In this document: positions 45,069 to 55,300 of the stretch, piece by piece
Layout: each line of letters starts with the position of its first letter
Numbering within the stretch: position 1 is the first letter of the stretch
Source: a virus
Direction: 5' to 3' (one strand)
IMG/VR virus record: IMGVR_UViG_3300031566_000009
Coordinates: 18,076-82,075 of that record
Length of the DNA: 64,000 bases
Position numbers and translations under genes: made by a program
Notes under the pieces: generated by a model
Database searches by the model: none
The model's input: only the letters and a program-made list of their open reading frames with translations
Told to the model about the DNA's origin: nothing

Positions 45069-47651
45069 ATGAAATTATTTCTTAGTCCTAACGCACCCGA
45101 TATAAATATCTCGCAGAAGTCCATCACAGGGGTTGAACGAGTCATCCTTGAACAACGACGTTACTTGACAGATTATCTGAAATTCGTTGATTCTCCACTA
45201 GAGGCAGATGTCATCGCGGCGCATGTTGTTCCCTACGCTGATACAGTTCCAGATGTACTTCACAACCACGGACTTTATCCCACAGGGGAATTTGCCCTGC
45301 CCGTATGGATGTGGCGAGGAAATAAAAATGTTGTAAGTGCAATTCGTCGAGCCAAAAAGATTACAGTTCCATCCCCGTGGGTCGCTGAGATCTTCATCAG
45401 AGACATGGGCTTCTGTCCAACTATCATCTCGCATGGCATTCGTCTTGAAGAATGGCAAGAACCTCTTACAGCAAGGGAAATGAATGTAGTTTTCAATAAG
45501 AATCGAGTCGATGCTGTCTGCACTCCAGAACCTGCGCAACGCTTGGCCGCATTGTGTCCTGGTATAAAGTTCCTTTCCACTTTTGGCTCGCCAACTAAGA
45601 ATTTAAATGTTATTGGCCTCCAACCCTACGAGACCATGAAGGAAATCCTCTACAAAAATGGTATTTATTTCGCGCCAACGAAAGAGACGTTCGGGATTGG
45701 AATTCTCGAAGCCTTCGCCGCAGGGATGCCTGTATTGGCTTGGTCATGGGGCAACGCCGTCGAATTAGTCGCTCATAAAAAGACTGGATACCTAGCCAAA
45801 CCAGGCGACTACGACGATACTGTAGCAGGACTAAGGTATTGCATCGACAATTTCGACAAACTTTCACAAGCCGCTCGACAAGAAGCCCTAAAACACGACT
45901 GGAAAGAAATTATCCCAAAATACGTCGAAGTCTATGAATCAGCCCTAGAAAAGCACAAAGGGCCACAGGTTACAGTAGTAATCCCATGTTATAATTACGC
46001 TGCTTTCATTGCCGACGCCATTCGCTCTGTGCAAGCGCAAACCTTCGAGAATTGGGAATGTATCATCGTCGATGATGGCTCGACGGACGACTCGTTAATG
46101 GAAATCAACAAAGTTATAGGAAACGATCCAAAATTCAAGGTCTTGGTACAATCCAACCGTGGTGTGGCAAGTGCAAGGAACAGGGGAGCGATGGAGGCCA
46201 AAGGAGAGTTTCTATGCTTCCTCGATGCAGATGACACCTTGAAGGAAAAATTTCTTGCGACCCTACTCCCGCCTTTACTTGAGGATCGTTCCATTGGCAT
46301 TTCCTTTGGCAGTCTTGAGCTTCACACCCCCCGTGGCCCTGTCTCTGGAAGTTGGCCAAACGGTTTCAATTTTGATGCTCAGTTGAAGAAGCAGAACCAA
46401 GTGCCCTCCTGTAATCTGCTCCGCAGAGATGCCTTCTTCCGTGCTGGTGGGTATAAGAATCATTTCGCACTTGGCGAGGACGCCGAATTGTGGACTAACA
46501 TTGGTTTAGCGGGTTTCAGTGCGATTCATACAACTCAAACCCCTGTGATGATCTACCGAATCCACGGGGAGAGCGTAACCAATAAGGCGAGGAAGGAAAA
46601 AACGAAAGAACCTAATTGGTTAGACTTTATTCCCGCCGCTAACGGTGGCCCACAGCCGTTTGCCAGCATTGCAACTCCAGAAAACTATTCTCACCCTGTG
46701 TTCAGCTACGATCAGCCTCTTGTTTCCATCATCATTCCTGTCGGCGATGGTCACGAAGCAGTCTTAGAGAATGCAATAGAATCAGTGAAAACGCAGACTG
46801 ACACAAGATGGGAATTAATTGTAGTCGATGACACAGTATTAGGCAAAATCAAAAATTGTGGTATAATACCTTATGTAGAGCGTTATCCATTCGTAAACTG
46901 GAAGAGGAAGAGAAAGTACGGCAACGTCAGTGCTGCTAGAAATCTAGGGGCGAATTCTGCGAAGGGAAGATTTCTGCTCTTCTTGGATGCAGATGATGAA
47001 CTAGACAAGCACTTTCTTAGGCAGACCTTGAAAGTTGCGGCTATCAGGCCAAAATCGATCATCTATACTGATTGGATTTCGCTGCCAGAAGGGAAAATTC
47101 ATCACGCTGAGGAGTGGAACTTTGAGCGACTGAAGAAGCAGGCTCTCTTCGTCATCACCTTTCTACATCCAAAAGAAGCTTTCGATGAGGTCGGCGGATT
47201 CAATGAAGAGATTCCTGTTTGGGAGGATTGGGACTATACTGTACAACTAGCGCATAAAGGTTATCATGGTATAAGGGTTCCCGAACCACTATTCTCATAT
47301 CATTACGAGAGTGGCAAGAGAAGGGAAGAGTGTCTCGATAACGCCGAAGAACTAATGAAGGAATTCAGGCAGAGATATTTAACTTTGGAAGCCTTGCCTC
47401 CTAAAGAATTGGGATTAGTAATATTACCTGAAGATCCATTAATTAAGAAGCCAATCAAAAAGGATGAAGCGATGGCAACGAAAGCACTAATCAAATACAC
47501 AGGTGATAATATGGGAGCGAGGACTTTTAGGACTCCTTTAGGAAACCGCTATAGATTTGATGGTCGCAGTCAACGGCAGTCTTGGGTTCCGATAAAAGAC
47601 GTACACTTTTTCGAGCGGATGCTCGACTTTCAAGTTGTTGAGACACAATAG
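45069..47651 (+). CDS. multidomain glycosyltransferase GT4+GT2+GT2 with small C-terminal domain
   Basis: ETFGIGILEA (GT4); IPCYN/DDGSTD/FLDADD; second FLDADD/EDWD; C-terminal YTGDN domain. Confidence 0.9.
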   Translation: MKLFLSPNAPDINISQKSITGVERVILEQRRYLTDYLKFVDSPLEADVIAAHVVPYADTVPDVLHNHGLYPTGEFALPVWMWRGNKNVVSAIRRAKKITVPSPWVAEIFIRDMGFCPTIISHGIRLEEWQEPLTAREMNVVFNKNRVDAVCTPEPAQRLAALCPGIKFLSTFGSPTKNLNVIGLQPYETMKEILYKNGIYFAPTKETFGIGILEAFAAGMPVLAWSWGNAVELVAHKKTGYLAKPGDYDDTVAGLRYCIDNFDKLSQAARQEALKHDWKEIIPKYVEVYESALEKHKGPQVTVVIPCYNYAAFIADAIRSVQAQTFENWECIIVDDGSTDDSLMEINKVIGNDPKFKVLVQSNRGVASARNRGAMEAKGEFLCFLDADDTLKEKFLATLLPPLLEDRSIGISFGSLELHTPRGPVSGSWPNGFNFDAQLKKQNQVPSCNLLRRDAFFRAGGYKNHFALGEDAELWTNIGLAGFSAIHTTQTPVMIYRIHGESVTNKARKEKTKEPNWLDFIPAANGGPQPFASIATPENYSHPVFSYDQPLVSIIIPVGDGHEAVLENAIESVKTQTDTRWELIVVDDTVLGKIKNCGIIPYVERYPFVNWKRKRKYGNVSAARNLGANSAKGRFLLFLDADDELDKHFLRQTLKVAAIRPKSIIYTDWISLPEGKIHHAEEWNFERLKKQALFVITFLHPKEAFDEVGGFNEEIPVWEDWDYTVQLAHKGYHGIRVPEPLFSYHYESGKRREECLDNAEELMKEFRQRYLTLEALPPKELGLVILPEDPLIKKPIKKDEAMATKALIKYTGDNMGARTFRTPLGNRYRFDGRSQRQSWVPIKDVHFFERMLDFQVVETQ

Positions 47652-47885
47652 ATGGGCTGTGGTTGTAGCAGAAACGTCGTTAATATAAAGAGCCGTCCAC
47701 CAGATTTGAGGGGACATCCTACTGTGATTCTTGAATATACTGGAGACAACAAAGGGTCGAGGACAGTGAATACTCCCCTTGGAAGTCTATACAAATTTGA
47801 TGGGGTAGATCATAAGAGGTTCACTGTTTTGAGTGGCGATGTATTCTTCTTTACGCAACAACTAGAACAATTCAAGGTGATATAA
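47652..47885 (+). CDS. small protein, MGCxC + YxG..G.R...TP.G..Y.F domain
   Basis: paralog of GT C-terminus and of next gene. Confidence 0.65.
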   Translation: MGCGCSRNVVNIKSRPPDLRGHPTVILEYTGDNKGSRTVNTPLGSLYKFDGVDHKRFTVLSGDVFFFTQQLEQFKVI

Positions 47886-48109
47886 TGGGTTGCAGGTGCA
47901 GGAAAAAATTAGACTCATTAAAATCTAGGAATCTCGATGGATTGATAACTGTTACGTATCTGGGAATTTATCAGGGTTCGAGGAACTTCAAGACTCCCAC
48001 AGGGAGCGTCTATCGATTTGGTACTGGAGCAAATTCAACCAAATTAGTCAATATGCGCGATAAAGATTATTTTAGTGCTTTACCTGACTTTGCGATTGTG
48101 GAGGGATAA
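47885..48109 (+). CDS. small protein, MGCxC + YxG..G.R...TP.G..Y.F domain
   Basis: paralog of previous gene. Confidence 0.65.
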   Translation: MGCRCRKKLDSLKSRNLDGLITVTYLGIYQGSRNFKTPTGSVYRFGTGANSTKLVNMRDKDYFSALPDFAIVEG

Positions 48110-49300
48110 ATGTCTAGAGCAGATACTCCCACGTTGTTAAGCTTGGATCATTATTCAGAGATTCTCGGACTCGATCCTCGACATTTCAATCAAATGAAGT
48201 GTAATGCTTTCCCTGTGGTATCGACCTGTGAATCTATCTGGTATCAATATGACTGGATGGATAAGGGCAAGGCTTCACGGGAGGGGTTAGCGCGGGCCAT
48301 CGCTCAAGCCGAGCAGATGATAATGAATGAGTTAGAGTTCTCACCAGCTCCAAGATGGTTCGAGGCTGAGAAGCACACTTATCCAAGGCAAGATCGAGTG
48401 TTGACTAATTATGGAACAATCTATTATCCAGCACAAAATCAGGATAGACGAAAAACGGTTACTACACGATATGGTTATTTCATAGAGGGTGGCAGAAAAA
48501 AGATCGATGCGATTGGAAGCAATCGACCAGTTCAGTATATCGATTTAGATGGCGATGGCTTCAAGGAAATCGCCAGAGTAACCGTACCTTATATCAATGC
48601 AAATACATCTTTGACTAAAGAGGGAATTGGTGTTTTTCCCTCGACTGATACAGATGAAATCAAGCGTATTCGTGGACTTAAGATAGGACTTACGAATACT
48701 CAAGTAATAATTGAAGGACAAAGTTCACAGTTTGTGCATCCCATCAATTGGCAAATAGATGCTGCTATAAATGGTGACGATGCTACTGTTTTCTTGGATG
48801 AAGTATTCGTTTATTATATTCACACATCTGAACAAGGAACGAGTTTCGCTCCCGTAGTCTTCGAGTGGGAAAGAAGCACTGAAATAAACTTCGTAACAGC
48901 ATCTGGAGTACTGCGGGCACGAAATCCTAATCTTGGAATCGTAACATTAGTTCCAGCGGTTTGGGATAGTGCTACATCAACATGGTTAGCTGCATATTTC
49001 AATATCACAGATGAACCGTACTACGCCAATCTCTATTATAGGGCTGGATTTCCTGTGAATTATCAGGGAAGAATGGCTGCGCCCTTTGATAGAGCCGTGG
49101 CAGCTCTCGCAACTTCTCTGCTCACTGAGCCAATCTGTGGTTGTGGTGGGTCTGAGAAGTTGGCACAGGAATGGCAATCTAGGCCAACAAGTCCTGTAGC
49201 TTTTGAGCAGTTGACAGCTCCATTTGGACCTAAAAATGGGGCTTGGGAAGCGTGGTTGATAGTTTCGCAATACTTGGGCGTTGGATACGCCTTGACTTAG
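48110..49300 (+). CDS. head-tail adaptor-like structural protein
   Basis: AI..AE..I..L...P ... Y.AG ... AVA.LA pattern; position before tail tube. Confidence 0.5.
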   Translation: MSRADTPTLLSLDHYSEILGLDPRHFNQMKCNAFPVVSTCESIWYQYDWMDKGKASREGLARAIAQAEQMIMNELEFSPAPRWFEAEKHTYPRQDRVLTNYGTIYYPAQNQDRRKTVTTRYGYFIEGGRKKIDAIGSNRPVQYIDLDGDGFKEIARVTVPYINANTSLTKEGIGVFPSTDTDEIKRIRGLKIGLTNTQVIIEGQSSQFVHPINWQIDAAINGDDATVFLDEVFVYYIHTSEQGTSFAPVVFEWERSTEINFVTASGVLRARNPNLGIVTLVPAVWDSATSTWLAAYFNITDEPYYANLYYRAGFPVNYQGRMAAPFDRAVAALATSLLTEPICGCGGSEKLAQEWQSRPTSPVAFEQLTAPFGPKNGAWEAWLIVSQYLGVGYALT

Positions 49301-49309
49301 GAGGTTAAA

Positions 49310-50818
49310 ATGACTGACATTTTTTGGAAACGTGGGCAAGGAAGGGCTTTCATACAGCCTTATCGAAATCCTTCCCACAATAATGTTTATCTCGGCTGTG
49401 CTAGAGTTGGAGGTTACACCAAATCTCACGGTGATCTCACACCAGTGTATTGTCCATCTCCTGAAAGGTATGGACAATATGAAGTGGTAGATGTCATCAG
49501 AGGTGAAGGTGGACTTCCGACTACATCGGTCGATGCTCGATTTGGTTTGGTCAATGAAATTCTCGAACAAGAATGCGATTTCGATCTGGATGTGCATTAT
49601 GGAAGGTGTGCTGATCCCACAGATTTCAATAGGGGTTGGGAGAAAATCATAAAGTTTGAGCGGTCTGGAATCACAGAGGAATCTTCAGACGAACTTTCCT
49701 CTTTGGAACCTACCGATGAAGCTTTGATTATGCTCACTGCAAGCATTACTTCTTGGACACGGATTTTTATCGAAAGAATGACCTATGCCGAACGAGCCGC
49801 TAGTGAGACCGATACTCCAGTTTTGGCGGTCGCTATCTGCGACGATTTATCCTGTGGTGAGTGTGGTTGGGAGTCTGGAGGTTGCCGACGGCTGTTGGCT
49901 GCTACAGCGGCAGTTGCGGGATCTCCTTACGATCTTCCTGAGCTACTCGAATCTTTGGATAAAGGCTTAAACTGGAACGAGTGGGACATCGATACGCTCC
50001 ATGATGCAGATGTCTCAGGGATCGCCTGTGTTGGAAGTCGCGTAGCTGTAGTCTCTGCTGGTTCTACAGGACTGCACTATGCAAGTTTGTCTGACTTGGA
50101 CTCGTGGACGGAAGTCTCGAATGTGTTCCAAGTTGGCGCACTGCCTTTGGCAATCTTCGCATTCTCTCCAACACAAGTCTGGATTGTCGGACAGAATGGC
50201 TACGTATACTTCACAGACGACATCACCTCTGCTGCGGCTTACGAAGTTCAGGATGCTGGCGCGGCTGCTGCTGGGGATGACCTTTTGGACGTTCACGCTG
50301 CGACCAGTCGAAACGTGGTGGCGGTCGGCGAACTCGGTACAGTAGTTGTAACAACGAATGGGGGACTCACCTGGGCTGCGGCAGCTTCATCGCCTACTGC
50401 CTCTGATCTCTACTGCGTGTGGACGAGGACACCATATCATTGGTTGGTCGGTGGTGCAGATGGGAATCTCTACTACACACTAAATGCGGCTGTGGCTTGG
50501 GTACAGAAGGAATTCCCCGATGACGGAAGTGGTATCGTGGAGGACATCGTTTTTTATGGCTACACAAATTCCTCGGTAGGATTCCTAGCCTATGCTTACG
50601 ATCCTACAGGGACGCCACCGAGTGCGACGAGTGATGGACGGATCTTAAGGACTTTGGACTCAGGTAACAGTTGGTACATCGTGCCAGAGGAAGAGGCGTC
50701 ATCTGTTCCTGACAATCTTGCCTTGACAGAACTCGCTGTTTGCCGAGATCCAAACTTCGTTTTGGCAGGTGGCTATCGCACACTTTTGGATGGTGTGGTT
50801 GTTGTCGGAGAAGGCTGA
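49310..50818 (+). CDS. major tail protein with C-terminal BNR/YCF48-like beta-propeller
   Basis: strong RBS, followed by hairpin and chaperones; S.D.G..W / T.NGG.TW Asp-box repeats. Confidence 0.6.
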   Translation: MTDIFWKRGQGRAFIQPYRNPSHNNVYLGCARVGGYTKSHGDLTPVYCPSPERYGQYEVVDVIRGEGGLPTTSVDARFGLVNEILEQECDFDLDVHYGRCADPTDFNRGWEKIIKFERSGITEESSDELSSLEPTDEALIMLTASITSWTRIFIERMTYAERAASETDTPVLAVAICDDLSCGECGWESGGCRRLLAATAAVAGSPYDLPELLESLDKGLNWNEWDIDTLHDADVSGIACVGSRVAVVSAGSTGLHYASLSDLDSWTEVSNVFQVGALPLAIFAFSPTQVWIVGQNGYVYFTDDITSAAAYEVQDAGAAAAGDDLLDVHAATSRNVVAVGELGTVVVTTNGGLTWAAAASSPTASDLYCVWTRTPYHWLVGGADGNLYYTLNAAVAWVQKEFPDDGSGIVEDIVFYGYTNSSVGFLAYAYDPTGTPPSATSDGRILRTLDSGNSWYIVPEEEASSVPDNLALTELAVCRDPNFVLAGGYRTLLDGVVVVGEG

Positions 50819-50824
50819 GTTTAG

Positions 50825-50853
50825 AGAGGGTGAGGCTTTCAACCTCACCCTCT
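50825..50853 (+). terminator. stem-loop after tail tube gene
   Basis: AGAGGGTGAGG ... CCTCACCCTCT. Confidence 0.55.
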
Positions 50854-50870
50854 AAATAAGGAGGAAGAAT

Positions 50871-51629
50871 TTGTATAAAAGGGGGACACCTGAATATGAT
50901 TTGTGGAGAGACACGCCTAAATATGATTTATGGCGTAAGCGAATCTCTGTAGCAATGACTGGTAAAAGGATGTCTGAAGAAACCAAGCAGAAGATAAGTG
51001 AAGCGAAGATTGGTGAGCGAAATCCCTTTTATGGTAAACATCATAGCGCGGCTACACTTGCAAAGATGAGTGCAACAAGGATTGGCAAACAGTGTGGTGA
51101 ACAAAATCCTATGTATGGAAAACATCACAGCGTGGTGACGCTTGCGAAAATGAGTGCAGCAGAGATTGGCAAACAACGCGGTGAGCGACACCCCATGTAT
51201 GGGAAACATCCTAGTACAGAGACCCTTGCAAAAATGAGTGCAATAAAGATTGGTAAACATCCTAGTGATGAGACACGTGCGAAAACAAGTGCAGCGATGA
51301 CTGGTGAACAAAATCCTTCTTGGCGTGGTGGTATCTCGTTTGAGCCATATCCAACGACTTGGACTGCCCATTTTCGGAAGGCAATACGAAAGCGCGACAA
51401 CCACACCTGTGCATTATGTAGTAAGGTGCAGGGGGAAAAGAGATTTGCGGTTCATCACATCAACTACGATAAAGAGGATCTGCGCCCCGAAAATTTGGTT
51501 ACTCTTTGTAAATCTTGTCACAGCAAAACTGGCAGTGATCGTGAATACTGGACGAATCTCTTCGAGATGGTTTACGTTCCTGATTTTTCCAAATGGCCTA
51601 TATTCCTGATTTCCCAAAAGAAAGGATGA
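50871..51629 (+). CDS. NUMOD3-repeat HNH homing endonuclease
   Basis: repeated NP.YGKHHS..TLAKMS; RD..TC..C, VHHI.Y.K, NL.TLC..CH. Confidence 0.85.
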   Translation: MYKRGTPEYDLWRDTPKYDLWRKRISVAMTGKRMSEETKQKISEAKIGERNPFYGKHHSAATLAKMSATRIGKQCGEQNPMYGKHHSVVTLAKMSAAEIGKQRGERHPMYGKHPSTETLAKMSAIKIGKHPSDETRAKTSAAMTGEQNPSWRGGISFEPYPTTWTAHFRKAIRKRDNHTCALCSKVQGEKRFAVHHINYDKEDLRPENLVTLCKSCHSKTGSDREYWTNLFEMVYVPDFSKWPIFLISQKKG

Positions 51630-51636
51630 AAACAGA

Positions 51637-52239
51637 ATGAGTCTGACTGCTGATGAATTGGCTGGAAAGGCCCTCGAAAAAGAGGGAGCACAAAAATCTG
51701 TGATCACTCTTGCAAGCGGCGCAGTTGTAGAAGCACGGCCTGTGCCCGATATGGTGCTTCAATCACTATTCTTACAATATCCAGAACCACAACCGCCTAT
51801 CTTGGAGACGGAAGTACGTGGAAAAATGATCCGAGAGGCGAATATGAGCGATCCCGATTATCTCGCGGCGGTAGCAAAGAGAAATGGGGTGCTCAGTGAT
51901 GCTGTGCTCAATCTGACTCTTCTCAGAGGTTTGAAGATTTTACAGTTGCCGCCAGATTTGCCTGAGTATGGCGAAGATGATTCGTGGGTAGAAGAGCTTT
52001 CTGATCTGGGTATAGAGATTCCAGAGAAGAAAACGCTTCGAAAACTTCTTTGGATGCGATACTATGTAGCCGTTTCTACAGGCGACTTGGTAAAACTTCA
52101 ACAGGAGAGCATGAGGCTTGCTGGAACCTCTGAGGAGGAGATCCAAGTCGCCATGCAGCGGTTTCAGCGTGACCGTGGACGGGATGCCGATACAGCACCT
52201 TCAGCAGACGACTCAGAAGGGATCGGAGATCAGGTATAG
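51637..52239 (+). CDS. tail assembly chaperone
   Basis: position between tail tube and tape measure. Confidence 0.6.
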   Translation: MSLTADELAGKALEKEGAQKSVITLASGAVVEARPVPDMVLQSLFLQYPEPQPPILETEVRGKMIREANMSDPDYLAAVAKRNGVLSDAVLNLTLLRGLKILQLPPDLPEYGEDDSWVEELSDLGIEIPEKKTLRKLLWMRYYVAVSTGDLVKLQQESMRLAGTSEEEIQVAMQRFQRDRGRDADTAPSADDSEGIGDQV

Positions 52240-52387
52240 CAGAGATTACGAATGTAGAGAAGCTGCTAGATTTGCCCACGCCTCTTGGCGTGAGTTTCAG
52301 CGACTTTCGCAAGTGGAGAAAGCGCAGACTTTGGCGCATTTCAGGTTAAAACATATGATAGACGCAACAATTATGAGTAGGAAATAA
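52162..52387 (+). CDS. tail assembly chaperone frameshift extension (+1 frame)
   Basis: overlapping ORF without clear RBS, ending at TMP start; CGG TTT CAG candidate slip site. Confidence 0.55.
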
Positions 52388-55300
52388 TGGCTGCAATTGG
52401 TATAGAATTCGTCGCAGTAGGTATTTCCCGTTTTATGCGGGTGTTGACCACTGCTGAATCCGCTATAAAAAAGGGAAGTCAGGGATTTGTTGATGCTGCG
52501 AAAACATCGTTGAGTTATGCTCAGCGACAACAATCCCTCGCTATAGCAATTAATAAAGTAAAAGAAGCACAAGATAAAAATTTGGTAGTTCACCCCGCCA
52601 TTTTAGTAGCCATCGAGAAGGAGAAAAGAGCACTAAAACTACTTTATGCAGAAATGCGTACTGGCCGTGCTGATATGGTTGCAACTACTGCTGAAGCTGG
52701 AAAATTCGCGCGTAATCTTTATACGATTAGTTTTGCAGCAGGAGTAGCGAGTGCAGCCCTTTTGAAATTCAGCCAGGTTAATTTGAAAACGGCCCTATCC
52801 GTTGAGAAACCTGCTATCGCTTTAGAGATACTCACCGAAAATACGAATGCTCATAGAGAAGCTGTTGCAGCCGAAATAGTGGAACTTCAAAATCTCAATA
52901 TGACTCAAGGTGATGCCACTCAGATGGTCGCCAGATTTATGGCTGCCCGATTCGATCTTACTAAAGCCTCTGATGTTGCAGAGATGGGTACACATCAATC
53001 TATACTTACTGATTTGGAGGCTATAGAAGTCATTGAGCGCATGACTGATGCCATTGTAAACAGGACTACTAGAGGATTGAGAGACTTAGATTTGTATATG
53101 CGCACTAATGAGACATTTGAAGACTTTGCTGAAAATTTAGAAATACGCATCAAGGATATGTCGAAAAGCGAGCAGATGGAGGCAATTTTTAATGCGATTT
53201 TGGAACGAACTAATGTTTTAATGGGCGTGACAAATGAACTATGGGAATCTGGTGGAGGGTTACTTCAGATTTATCACACCCAAGTCAAAGATTTGCAGGC
53301 GACTCTTGGAAAAGGCTTGCTTCCTTCTCTCATCGATGTATTGAAAGTTGCGAATGATTTTCTAGAATGGTTAAATAAACTTCCTAAAGCTGCTACAGAT
53401 GCCATAGCTATATTAGCACTTCTCGCTGGGGCGCTTGCTGGTGTAACAACGAGCACCCTTATGCTTGTAGGTCTTCTTAGAATAGCTGGACTTGACGCTC
53501 TCCTTGCTAAAATAGGAACTATTGCTACTGCAATTACTCCTGCAGTTGGTATAGCTGTTTTGGTTTTGGGTGCTCTTACCATAGGGATTAGTCGAGTCAC
53601 TAAAGCGATCAAAGACTTGAAAACAGCTCCTTTGGAGGATGCCATCCAATCTATGGAAAGAATCTTTTCTGGAATTCTAAAAATACCTCTTGTTCCTCGT
53701 CCAATTGCTGAATGGATAGTACGCAAACTTAGGGAACTTTTTGATATAGTTACAGACGAAGCCGAAAAAGCGGGACGGGATGTAGGACGAGCCTTCATAG
53801 ATGCTATGGTCGAAGAAATAGATGCACAACTTCGTAAAATCGACATCGAGGCAACTCGTTTAGCAGAAGCATTTGAACTCGAACAAGCAAAGGCAACAAT
53901 AGTTCTCGTTCCTTTGCGATTGCAAGAATTACAGATTCAAAGAAATATTGACAAAACGCAACGATTAGCTGATGCAGCAGAAGAACTAGCCGAAGGCCCG
54001 CTAAAGAATGCGCAAGCCCAACTTAAATTGCTTGGTGACATCTCCAAAGATTTGGATAGAGCACTACTACCTTATGAACATGCTCTGAAACGAACAGAAG
54101 CCGCTGCTGCTGAAATACTCATTCCTTTACGAGCACAGGAAAGGTCTCTGCAACGACAACTTGATTTGCTGGAACGGAGAATCGCTCTCGAACGAAGGTC
54201 TTTGGAAAATGCTCTTAGAGCAGCAGAATTGTCCCTGCGTGGAATCGAGGATCAAGTCTATGCCCTCGATAAGGCCCTGTGGCCTTTGCAGGACGCCTTT
54301 ACTCAGATTCGTGCCGATGCCGATTTGGTGTTGATTCCGCTCCGCAGGCAGCAAAGGGCCATCGAGCGGCAGATAGATTCTATGACTCGTCTATCCGAGA
54401 TAGAACAAGAACGGATCGAGAGACACCTTCGTGCTCTGGAGAAGCAGAGAGACGCTTTACAAGAGATCATCGACGTTGACAGAGATCGTCTTGAGTTAAT
54501 CAATCACGAAATCTTCATGGAGCAGTTACGTAATAGAATTCTTCAACGAGTTACTTCTGCTGGACTCCTTACTATGCAATCTCAATCAGCAGTCTTACAA
54601 GATCAACTCGATCTTCGGCAAGAACAGATGAAGGCCCTGAATGAGCAGACCAAAGACGAACGCGAGAGACTACAAGATGTAAAAGATACTCTTGAGGAAC
54701 AACTTGAACCTCTCAAAAAGCGTCTGCAGCTAATCCTTGATGCCATCGCTCCTGAAGAAGAAAGAGTGCTCTTCGCTCAAGAAGAACTTCGCTTGGAGGA
54801 GGCGAGGCAGGCGGCATCCAGAATAACTTTAGAGCAGCAAAGACGATTGGCCGAGGAAGAAGTAGAGCAAGCGCGACGTAGACTCGAAGACTTTGATGAA
54901 TTAGCTATAGCACGAACTCAAGCACTAAGAGATGAACTTATACTTATAGGAGATGTAATCACCCGTGAGGAGGAAAGAATACAACAAGCGCGTGATGAAC
55001 TAGAATTAGCGCGTATGCGGCAAACCGAAACCAGAATAGCACTCGAAAATGCAGTCCTTCTGTGGGAAGATATACGAGACACAGCTCAAATACACTTTGA
55101 TATAATTAAGGAAACTTATGATACTATACTCGAAGGTTTAAAAAATGAGTTGGACGCTGTGGGATTTCTCATAACCGCAAGAGAAGATGAACTCAAGATA
55201 ATTAGTTTAATAAGAGATGCGGTAGACGCTACCCTGAAGCTGGAAAAGGATCAACTTGAAACAAGAAAGAAATATTTATCAATATTGAAGGAGATCCAAG

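Noticed and set aside
37885-47651. GT cluster as host LPS/capsule locus or serotype-conversion cassette
   Set aside because: Embedded in the late operon with coupled overlaps; lacks membrane flippase, polymerase or Gtr genes.
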